Assembly: GCA_963755715.1 (NCBI GenBank)
Contig: CAVWLW010000040.1
Coordinates: 1 to 18,188, forward strand
Origin: an uncultured delta proteobacterium
Lineage (GTDB): Bacteria; Desulfobacterota; Binatia; UBA9968
Reading direction: 5' to 3'
DNA length: 18,188 bases
The notes under the pieces were generated by a model, which was given only the letters and a program-made list of their open reading frames with translations, ran no database searches and had not been told where the DNA came from. Positions 1 through 7,561 of this stretch are shown piece after piece. Within the stretch, counting starts at the first letter, position 1, and every line of letters starts with the position of its first letter. The position numbers and the translations under genes are program-made.

Positions 1-1
1 C

Positions 2-52
2 AAGGGGCATGTGCTCGGCGCAGCCGAGCTCATGGGACGCTACAAGCGATAG
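2..52 (+). CDS. 3' end of a YbhB/YbcL (PEBP, Raf kinase inhibitor-like) family protein, truncated by the window edge
   Basis: Frame from base 2 reads KGHVLGAAELMGRYKR* (TAG 50-52), resembling the typical YbhB/YbcL C-terminus (xGHxLxxAELxGxYxR). Only 16 codons are visible. Confidence 0.65.
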   Translation, partial: KGHVLGAAELMGRYKR

Positions 53-129
53 CGCGGGACTGTGATCGCCGGTTTTAGCGTTCCCTGCCGGCGCGCGGCA
101 GCTCAAAGCAGCGGGTCAAAGACAAAAAA

Positions 130-1209
130 CTATCTCACTTCGATGATCAACGGCGCGGCGCGTGTCGGCTGCAGCTGCAGAATTTGCGGCGAGTTGTCGC
201 TAAACACCATCGGCTCGCCGATCCGCCACAGATACAACGGATGCTGGTCGCCAACCGAATCACGATAGGTTTCCGCAACTTTCGGCTGCCAATCGCCCAT
301 ATCGAAGACGTAGGAAACCACCCGCGCGCCCGGCTTGAGCTGCCGCAGCAGTTGCGGGCGCACCGCGAGATTGCCGTCATAAGATAGGTAGAGGGTCACC
401 ACCGACGCGGGCGACAAATTCGCGGTTAGAAAATCCTGTTCGCGGATCTCCACCAGTTTTTCCACGCCTTCCCGCCGCGCGTTCTCACGGGCCAATTTCA
501 CCAGACCGGGATCGATCTCGAAGCCGACGCCCCGAACTCCATATTTCTTCGCCGCAGCAATGAGAATGCGTCCGTCGCCCGAGCCGAGATCATAAACCAC
601 GTCGCCTTTTTTGACTCCGGCAAGAGTGAGCATGCGCTGCACCACTTCCTGGGGCGCCGGATCGAACGGCGCCACTTGACCGGGTCCGCGGGTTCGCTCA
701 TCGGCGGGCGCATTGTCAGCGTAGCGGCGATCGGGTTGGGGTGTTCCCGGAACGTAGGGAACATACGGCGCATAGGTTGTAACGATTGTCGTGTCGAAGT
801 AGCCGGGAACGTCGTAAAACACGATTCCCGGATGGCGGTGAAAAAACCACGGGCGATGCCGGTGGAAAGGCACCGTGCCCAAAATAAACCCCGGAGTCCG
901 CCGCACAAACGGCGTCGGCGCTAACACTCCGATCCCGCGCTGAACTTGTCCCGGTCCGAATCGCGGTGTCGTTATCGCTGGCACATTCCCAATCCCGATT
1001 GGCGGGTTCACAAAGCTTGGCTGCGAAGCATTGAAGCCTTGAGATGGCGCGGGCCCTGGCCGCCCGGTCATCACTGCGCCGGATTGCGCCGGTGCGCCTC
1101 CGCCGCTTCGTCCCCCTCCGGCAAAGCCGCCGCGGAACCCTTGCGCTTGAGTCAAACTCGCACTCGCTATCAAGACCAATAGGACGACGATCGCGGCCAT
1201 CGATTTCAT
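130..1209 (-). CDS. Class I SAM-dependent methyltransferase with signal peptide and long Gly/Pro-rich low-complexity N-terminal region (359 aa)
   Basis: Motifs VVYDLGSGDGRI, GVGFEID, ASVVTLYL and LKPGARVVS. Start reassigned from the ORF-track 1374 to ATG 1209 (MKSMAAIVVLLVLIASASLTQA) because GGAGG lies just upstream and the longer ORF overlaps the MFS gene. Confidence 0.85.
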   Translation of the reverse strand: MKSMAAIVVLLVLIASASLTQAQGFRGGFAGGGRSGGGAPAQSGAVMTGRPGPAPSQGFNASQPSFVNPPIGIGNVPAITTPRFGPGQVQRGIGVLAPTPFVRRTPGFILGTVPFHRHRPWFFHRHPGIVFYDVPGYFDTTIVTTYAPYVPYVPGTPQPDRRYADNAPADERTRGPGQVAPFDPAPQEVVQRMLTLAGVKKGDVVYDLGSGDGRILIAAAKKYGVRGVGFEIDPGLVKLARENARREGVEKLVEIREQDFLTANLSPASVVTLYLSYDGNLAVRPQLLRQLKPGARVVSYVFDMGDWQPKVAETYRDSVGDQHPLYLWRIGEPMVFSDNSPQILQLQPTRAAPLIIEVR

Positions 1210-1230
1210 AAAGCCTCCAATGACGCGGTC

Positions 1231-1260
1231 ATCATAGGAAGGTGACCGGCGGGAAGTCAA
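1231..1260 (-). promoter_or_regulatory. Candidate sigma70 promoter for the methyltransferase gene
   Basis: Minus strand TTGACT-18 nt-TATGAT, ending 21 nt before ATG 1209. The -35 box overlaps the MFS stop codon. Confidence 0.55.
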
Positions 1261-2602
1261 CCGTTCAACGATACCCCGAGCCGGCGCACCACGGGCGCGC
1301 GCCAGGCAACCAAACCAGCCATCACGATGACCGCAAAACCCATGTAACTGACGGTCGCCGGCGCGCCGATCCAATGGGCGCTGACTCCGGCGGTCAGAGC
1401 GCCAATTGGCATCAAGCCGCGGTCGAGAGCGTAGATGCTCATGACCCTGCCGCGCAAATGATCCGGCACGATGACCTGGAGCATGGTGTTGGTGGTGGCC
1501 ATGTAAAAGATCTGGAAAGCGCCGATGTTCACCAGCGCTAAAATTGCCAGCGGAAAAGACGTCGTCCAGGAAAACATATTCATGGCGATGCCGAGAGCGA
1601 TCAGGCTGGAAAGCATCAGCACGCCCTGGCGTTGAACGCGATGAGCCAAGCTCGCCAACAGCAATCCCGCCAACATCGCTCCCAGCCCCGGCGCCGCGAG
1701 CATGATCCCCAAGCCTTCGGGTCCCACCTTGAGGACGTCCTTTTGAAAAACCGGCATGAGGATTTGATACGGCATGGCACAGATGCGCGGCACCAGCGCC
1801 GCCGTGAGCAGCGCAAACACCGTTGGATTGGACCAGATATAGAGCAGACCTTCTTTTAGATTGGCCAGCGCCGATGAGCGCTTCGCTTCAGTCGGCGCTG
1901 GCGGAATGACCATCCAGTAGATCGAGAGCAGAACCGCAGCGTAGGCGGCGCCCTGCACGAAAAAATTTCCCGCCGCGCCGAAAGCCACGATCAACAGCCC
2001 GCCGATCGAAGGACCGATGACCTTGGTCATATTGAACGCCGCCGAGTTTAGCGCCACGGCGTTGATTAAATCTTCCTTGGGGACGAGGTCGGCACCATGC
2101 TCTGGCGCACCGGGTCGGTGAACGCCCAGGCAATCGCCGTGATCAGCGTAAAAGCAAACAAGTGCCAGACCGCCACCAGTTTCAGCGCCACGAGAAAACC
2201 CATAGCCACGGTCGTAGTCATCAGGACGTATTGTGTGGCCGTCAGAATCTTTTTGCGGTCGGTGCGGTCGGCGACGACTCCAGCGATCGGGCTGGCGATC
2301 AGAAAAGGTAAGGCTCGGAGCCCGTTCAGCGCGCCCAGAAGCACCGAAGAGCCGGTCAAATCATAGAGCAACCAACCCAGGGTGACCTGCTGGATCCACT
2401 GCCCAGCGCTCATGAACACTGTTCCGAACCAAAGATATCGGTAATTCGCGTGGCGTAGGGAAGAGAAAGTTTTTCCGAGAAAACCCTGGGGCGTGACATG
2501 GGCGATTGGTTCGAGAGTTGGCAGGTCTTCCAATGAAGCAACTTCTTTCTTCTCACGAACCCGACGTCCTGTGTTGACTTCGCGGCCGCACCGGAAAACC
2601 AC
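1257..2602 (-). pseudogene. MFS transporter (H+ antiporter/DHA3-like, MFS_3 type) split by a 1-nt deletion near 2087-2088; real pseudogene or sequencing error
   Basis: ORF 2066..2602 (FSSLRHANYRYLW, GVVADRTDRKK) and ORF 1257..2057 (VPDHLRGRVMS) join to give MVPTLVPKEDLINAVALNSAAFN if one C is restored in ACC-(C)TC. The start codon is uncertain. Confidence 0.85.
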
Positions 2603-2661
2603 TGCGACACGAAATAGCGCGCGGGAACCAGCAATAGCTATCAGAAAGAAACTATCGACGT

Positions 2662-3450
2662 CTAGTTGGCTCGGCTGAGAAATGTCGCATCGTCAGCGCG
2701 AATAAAACCAGACGGGTTGCCATGTTTTGAGCGGATTTCAAGCCAGTCGCCCGCAGACCGGATGACGGTAATCTGAGTGCCTTTGGCGATTTGAGACATG
2801 ACACGAGAAGAGCTTACCGGCTCCTGGTAAACCGAGGTGGCGCGCATGGTTTCGTAAACTCCAGGATCCGCGACCCGACGCGAGCGCGCGGAGGAAGGCG
2901 CAGCGGGAGTAGGCTGCGAGCCGGCGTTGCGCGGCGTCGGTCGCTGCGCGGCCGCAATACGGCTCGCAGCCAAGCGATCGATCTCTCGATTGGCATCGCG
3001 CAACTGCGCTCGTGCCGTGGTCAGATCTTTTTGGCTTGCCGCGATTTTAGATTTGAGCGCCGCGATTTCATCCGTGCCGCCCTGACGATCCCGGCGCAGT
3101 TGCGCGAGCTGGGCTTCGAGACCTTGGATTTTTTCATCCTTTTCCTGAAGCACCCGTTGCTGTTCAGCTAGGACCGGCGCCATATCGCTTCGTTCGCGGT
3201 TGCCACCGACGAGATAAACACCGAGGGCAAAAACCAGCAGCCCGATCACCAGGATCACCCTCGATCTAACCGGGAGTTTTTCTTTTGCGCGGAGCAAAGA
3301 CGGCGATTCTTCGTCCTCGTTTCGTCCAGGCCATTCCGGCGCCAGAGAAGGCAGCAAATCCGCTTTGCAATAGGGACACGTCAACGCATCCAGGGCGATA
3401 CTATTGGCACAGTGCGGACAAAGACGCGTTTGCAGAGTTGATTGGGCCAT
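2662..3450 (-). CDS. Membrane-anchored protein: N-terminal zinc ribbon, one TM helix, coiled coil, Pro/Ala linker, C-terminal bacterial SH3 domain
   Basis: CPHC...CPYC; hydrophobic VILVIGLLVFALGVYLV; heptad-rich middle; SH3b-like tail (VYQEP...IAKGTQITVI...DWLEI...GFI). Confidence 0.8.
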   Translation of the reverse strand: MAQSTLQTRLCPHCANSIALDALTCPYCKADLLPSLAPEWPGRNEDEESPSLLRAKEKLPVRSRVILVIGLLVFALGVYLVGGNRERSDMAPVLAEQQRVLQEKDEKIQGLEAQLAQLRRDRQGGTDEIAALKSKIAASQKDLTTARAQLRDANREIDRLAASRIAAAQRPTPRNAGSQPTPAAPSSARSRRVADPGVYETMRATSVYQEPVSSSRVMSQIAKGTQITVIRSAGDWLEIRSKHGNPSGFIRADDATFLSRAN

Positions 3451-3525
3451 CAGCGATTTTTACTCTCCTGGGAATAAATTGCGGTCATTCGATTCACCGG
3501 CATTTCCAAGCGTCGGGGCTGGTCT

Positions 3526-3554
3526 ATTTTGAATCCAAGCAAAGTAAGCGTCAA
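3526..3554 (-). promoter_or_regulatory. Candidate sigma70 promoter for the SH3-domain gene (divergent region)
   Basis: Minus strand TTGACG-17 nt-CAAAAT. Confidence 0.45.
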
Positions 3555-3598
3555 GCCTTATCGGATGAGACGTCCCGTTTCGCGAGATTCTTAGCGTC

Positions 3599-3627
3599 TT
3601 GCCCCGATAAATTCCTTGCGTTATAGA
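3599..3627 (+). promoter_or_regulatory. Candidate sigma70 promoter for the cyclodeaminase gene
   Basis: TTGCCC-17 nt-TATAGA, followed by GAGAGG/GAAGG before ATG 3649. Confidence 0.45.
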
Positions 3628-3648
3628 ACGCTGAGAGGATTTTGAAGG

Positions 3649-4590
3649 ATGGCATTGATCATCAGCGAACCGCAAACCCGAAAGCTCGTCGACATGGCTC
3701 AGGCCGTCGCCCTGCTCGACAAAATGTTCCGCGATCGCGCCGCCGGCAAGATGCGCAGCGTGCCGCGGCGCCGTCTTAAAGGCAGCGAGAAACAACTCAA
3801 CATGATGGCCGCATGGCATCAAGACTCGGACTTAATCTGTCTCCGCTCCTACGCCGCCGACGCCAACACGATCACGCTATACCATGGCCGCAAGGGCGGC
3901 ATCCAGGCGATCGTCAATATGGGTTTTTTGAGCAGCCTGCGCACCGGCGCCGCAACCGGAGTCGCCGCCAAGTATCTGGCGCCGGCAAACAGCAAAGTCC
4001 TCGGCGTGATCGGTCCGGGCTGGCAAGCGACTTTTCAAGTTGAAGCCGTAGCCGAGGCCTGGCCGATAGAGCAAGTGGTCGTATGGGGGCGCACGCCGAA
4101 ACGGCGCAAGGACTTCATCAAGCAGATGAGCAAAGTCGTCAAAGCCGACTGGAAAGAAGCCGACACGGTGGACGAAGTCGAAGCTGCATCCGACATCTTG
4201 GTTGTCTCCACCGACTCGACCACGCCGGTCGCCACCGGCGGAAGCTTGAAAGACGAAGTCCTGGTCGCCTCCATCGGCGCCAACTCGACGGTGAAACACG
4301 AAGTTTCGAACAACCTCATTCGGCGCATGGATCTCATCGTGGTCGACGACCTTGCCGCCGCAAAGGCGGACAGCGGCGATTTGGTCGAGGCTTGTCAAAC
4401 TCGCATCGCCCGATGGGAAGACATCATACCGCTGGAAAAATTCGTCGCCCAAGGCGTGCCCCAGCCGCGCCCGAAAAGAATTTTCTTTCAATCCAACGGC
4501 ATCGCCGACGAAGATCTCGCGGTCGGCAAATACGCGCTCGACCAAGCCAAACGAAAAAAATTGAAAGTGCGGAGCGTGACGGAGATCTAA
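3649..4590 (+). CDS. Ornithine cyclodeaminase / mu-crystallin family protein
   Basis: LRTGAATGVAAKYLA, Rossmann-type VIGPGWQA, SIGAN...HE, IVVDD and FQSNGIADEDLA motifs; 313 aa. Confidence 0.9.
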   Translation: MALIISEPQTRKLVDMAQAVALLDKMFRDRAAGKMRSVPRRRLKGSEKQLNMMAAWHQDSDLICLRSYAADANTITLYHGRKGGIQAIVNMGFLSSLRTGAATGVAAKYLAPANSKVLGVIGPGWQATFQVEAVAEAWPIEQVVVWGRTPKRRKDFIKQMSKVVKADWKEADTVDEVEAASDILVVSTDSTTPVATGGSLKDEVLVASIGANSTVKHEVSNNLIRRMDLIVVDDLAAAKADSGDLVEACQTRIARWEDIIPLEKFVAQGVPQPRPKRIFFQSNGIADEDLAVGKYALDQAKRKKLKVRSVTEI

Positions 4591-4607
4591 GCCGATCGCG
4601 CGCCCAC

Positions 4608-4740
4608 AGCTTACCAAACTTTAGCACAAAGCGATCTCTCTTTTCGCGAATCTCGACCGACGCTGAAATCCCGCGTGTTCTCTGCGCGGCTGACGAACCC
4701 CGACGACGGCAACTTTGCGGTACAGCGTTTTTGCCACGCT
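4608..4740 (-). pseudogene. Decayed copy of the 3' end of the methyltransferase gene at 5909..6634
   Basis: Aligns by eye with about 5913-6091. It includes an identical 19-mer ACGCTGAAATCCCGCGTGT (4660-4678 = 5964-5982), has two internal deletions, and translates in part to RFVLKFGK versus RFVLKFVK. Confidence 0.8.
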
Positions 4741-4756
4741 CTTCTTGACGACTGCT

Positions 4757-5536
4757 TCATTGCGCAAAGGAATCGAGCCATTTGACGAACTCGGCTGCGA
4801 CTACGTTCGGCATATTGAAATGATCGGTATTCAGCACTACGTACCGGCTCGCCGCGTTGGCCGGGGCCGAGTCGAACATCGCTTTCGATTCCGGATAAAA
4901 TGGATCATCGGTGCCGATGACCAGGAGCACAGGCACTGGCTTTGAGAACTTTTTAATATTCTTCGTTATCGCGCCGAGACCATTTGGGTCGAAATAGGAA
5001 ACGTAGATTCCGGCAGTCATCTTGAGCGACCTTTGCTTGCCCTGATTGATGTCTTCGAAGGAGTCAGAGTCTGCGCCTCGATTCGCCGCGACCATGCTTT
5101 GTGCTCGCTCGTAACTAGAGCGCAGCCGTTTCCCCATCCCGCCCTCTGGAAAATGTCCCGGCGATAGGACCACCAACCCGTCGAGATCGAAGCCGGATGA
5201 GGCATAGGCCACCGCCGCGTTCGAACCCATGCTTTGTCCCGCTACGACTACGCGCTTGGCGCCTTTAGCGCGCAACTGCTGAACCTCCTGCTCGATTTCC
5301 TTCAACGCAGTGGGATAGTCTACATCGTATAGCCTGCGGCCGGACCACGCCATTTCCGCATTGCTCACCAAATACCCCTTTGACTCTAACTCGCGGGCGA
5401 GCGACGACATGCTCTGAGGCGATCCCCACTTTCCGTGCATGAGAACCACGCCGACTTCGGAAGGCGCAGCAAAAACCGGATAGACAAATAATGCGAACAC
5501 CAGCGTAACCACCGCGCCGAACAAAAATCGTTTCAT
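4757..5536 (-). CDS. Secreted alpha/beta-fold hydrolase (esterase-like)
   Basis: Signal peptide MKRFLFGAVVTLVFALFVYPVFA; HG motif (LMHGKWG); nucleophile elbow GQSMG; Asp in GTDDP; His in TDHF. ATG 5536 is preceded by AAGGTG. Confidence 0.85.
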   Translation of the reverse strand: MKRFLFGAVVTLVFALFVYPVFAAPSEVGVVLMHGKWGSPQSMSSLARELESKGYLVSNAEMAWSGRRLYDVDYPTALKEIEQEVQQLRAKGAKRVVVAGQSMGSNAAVAYASSGFDLDGLVVLSPGHFPEGGMGKRLRSSYERAQSMVAANRGADSDSFEDINQGKQRSLKMTAGIYVSYFDPNGLGAITKNIKKFSKPVPVLLVIGTDDPFYPESKAMFDSAPANAASRYVVLNTDHFNMPNVVAAEFVKWLDSFAQ

Positions 5537-5791
5537 AGGCTCACCTTGGGGAAATGATAAATATGACTGCAAGACCGCGAATCACCGAAGTCTGCCGTCA
5601 ATTTGAGAGTTCGGTTCTCACTGTGAAAATCAGTGATCCTTTAACCCACGGACAGCCTTCCTCTAACTCGCCATCGCTACAATTGTGACCAAAAATCCGG
5701 GCGCAGAGTAACCCGACGCGCCCTATGCCATGCTCAAACAGTAAAATTTCGGTAGTTACAGCGAAACTGGCTAAGACCACAAAGGAACAGC

Positions 5792-5881
5792 TATGAGCGG
5801 CTGGCGAAAACTTACGGCGGGTTCATTGAAGGGTTTAACGCCCCTAAACTAAAATCTACGGAAGAATTACTCGACGAACTC
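5792..5881 (+). pseudogene. Remnant of the C-terminus of a predicted ATPase/adenylate-cyclase-TPR protein
   Basis: Reads YERLAKTYGGFIEGFNAPKLKSTEELLDEL, resembling the conserved tail LAxxYxxFTEGFDTxDLxxAxxLLxEL. There is an upstream in-frame stop and no start codon. Confidence 0.6.
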
Positions 5882-5908
5882 CCTTACAAGCCGCCGGCAT
5901 CCCACAAG

Positions 5909-6634
5909 CTAAGGCTTAACAAACTTCAACACGAAGCGATCGCTCTTATCGCGAATCTTGACCACGCTGAAATCCCGCGTGTCGTCGGGCCGGCTGAGCA
6001 TTTTCCCTTCTTCGGCTAAGCGAAACCCGACGCCGGTCGCTTCCTTGATCACCAATAGCTTGTCCATTCGGTGCAGCGTTTTTGCTTCGCTATCGCCGGC
6101 ACCTTCTTTCGCTGAATGATCGACGACACCGTAACTACCGCCGCGCTTGAGCGCCGCGAAAATGCGCGCGTTCATCGCGCGCCGGACATCGGCGGCGATT
6201 TCATGATAGTCGAGATGGAGCAGCACGAAGTCGAGCGAACCGTCCTGCGGCAGCGCCAGCTTGTCGAACGGCCCGTCGAGCACGCGCACATTGCCCATGC
6301 CCGGCTGCTTCAACCGATCATGCAGTTCCTGACGCGGCGCGGGATTCGCTGAGTAGACGACACCGTCCGCGCCGACCAGCTGCGACAAGATCGCCGTGTA
6401 GTAGCCTCGGCTGGCGAAAATATCGGCGACCCTCTGGCCGGTTTTTACTTCATAAAATGCCATCACCTCCTGCGGTTTGCGCACGGCGTCAAGTGCCTTT
6501 TCAGCGTCCGGCCGATTGGCGCTGGTAAGAATTTCGTTGTAATTTTCCGAGGAAGCCGCGGCACAACTCGCCAGTAGCAATAGAAGAAAAAACATGCCGA
6601 ACCGATCGCTTCGAATACCTTTTGCAAACTGCAT
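5909..6634 (-). CDS. Predicted methyltransferase (COG4798-like), lipoprotein; paralogue 2
   Basis: Lipobox LASC; D..RKP.EV..F, VADIFASRGYYT, ALKRGG..GVVDH, LHR.D and DRFVLKF motifs; RBS GAAGGAG. Confidence 0.85.
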   Translation of the reverse strand: MQFAKGIRSDRFGMFFLLLLLASCAAASSENYNEILTSANRPDAEKALDAVRKPQEVMAFYEVKTGQRVADIFASRGYYTAILSQLVGADGVVYSANPAPRQELHDRLKQPGMGNVRVLDGPFDKLALPQDGSLDFVLLHLDYHEIAADVRRAMNARIFAALKRGGSYGVVDHSAKEGAGDSEAKTLHRMDKLLVIKEATGVGFRLAEEGKMLSRPDDTRDFSVVKIRDKSDRFVLKFVKP

Positions 6635-6660
6635 GGGCCGCTCCTTCTTGATAAAATCGC

Positions 6661-7389
6661 TTACGGTTTCTCAAACGCCAGCACGAAGCGATCGTCCTTG
6701 TTGCGTTCCTTGTTCACGTTGAAGTCACGCGTGTCCTCAGGCTTGCGCAGCATGTTTCCTTCTTTGGCGAGCTTGAAACCCGCGTCAGTGACTTCTTTGA
6801 TGACTTGCGATTTGTCGATGCGATGCAGCGTCTTGTTCGCTTCGTTTCCAGAACCGTCTTTCGCCGAATGATCGACCACCGCATAGACTCCGCCGCGCTT
6901 GAGGGACGCGAGAATCCGTTTGTTCATCGGCCCCCGCACCTCTGGAGCGACGTCGTGATAATTGAGGTGAATGAGGACAAAATCGAGCGAAGCGTCTTGG
7001 GGCAGCGCGAGCTTATCGAAGGGACCATCGGCCACTTTGATATTTGAGAACTTCGGCGATTTCCAGCGCTGATTGATTTCATCGCGGGAGTTGGGATTGA
7101 CCGTATACACCACGCCGCTTGCGCCGACGACCTGCGAAAGAATCGCCGTGTAATAACCGCGCCCCGCCCAAAGATCCGCGACTTTGTCGCCGCTTTTAAC
7201 ATCGTAAAACGCCAGGACCTCGGCCGGCTTGCGCGCCGCGTCCAATTCACGCTCGCTCGCGGGCCGGTCCGGATCGGCTACCGCAGCTCGAAAATCCGGC
7301 GCTTGGCTGGTCGAGCATGCGCTGAAAGATGCAATAAGTCCGAGCAGCAACAGGTTGAGATGCAAAAAATATTTGGCGATTCTTTCCAT
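6661..7389 (-). CDS. Predicted methyltransferase (COG4798-like), lipoprotein; paralogue 1
   Basis: Lipobox FSAC; VADLWAGRGYYTAILSQ, GPFDKLALPQD, VVDHSAK, LHRID and DRFVLAF are shared with the neighbour. ATG 7389 is 9 nt from GGAGG (GTG 7395 is the alternative start). Confidence 0.85.
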   Translation of the reverse strand: MERIAKYFLHLNLLLLGLIASFSACSTSQAPDFRAAVADPDRPASERELDAARKPAEVLAFYDVKSGDKVADLWAGRGYYTAILSQVVGASGVVYTVNPNSRDEINQRWKSPKFSNIKVADGPFDKLALPQDASLDFVLIHLNYHDVAPEVRGPMNKRILASLKRGGVYAVVDHSAKDGSGNEANKTLHRIDKSQVIKEVTDAGFKLAKEGNMLRKPEDTRDFNVNKERNKDDRFVLAFEKP

Positions 7390-7561
7390 GAGCACGCGCC
7401 TCCTTGCCTAGGATTAAAAACTTTCTGACTTTCTCTACCATTCATGCGGACCTGGCGCCAGAGCATGTTGCGAAGAAAAACGACCAACGACCGGCGGGTC
7501 GCAGCAGTTATTATTCCCGATAGTGGCGCCGCTGGTTCGCTAGCAGTTATGAATAACGAAT

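Noticed and set aside
85-101. Hairpin CTGCCG-GCGCG-CGGCAG between convergent genes as a terminator
   Set aside because: Only a 6-bp stem with no adjacent U-tract on either strand.
1210-1374. 55-aa N-terminal extension of the methyltransferase ORF
   Set aside because: It overlaps the MFS 3' end; RBS, promoter and signal peptide all support ATG 1209.
3285-3822. ORFs 3285..3626 and 3460..3822
   Set aside because: They span the divergent promoter region and overlap real genes; no family features.
3877-4748. Long alternative ORFs 3877..4617 (-) and 4083..4748 (+)
   Set aside because: Shadow frames of the cyclodeaminase gene with no recognisable motifs; expected in GC-rich DNA.
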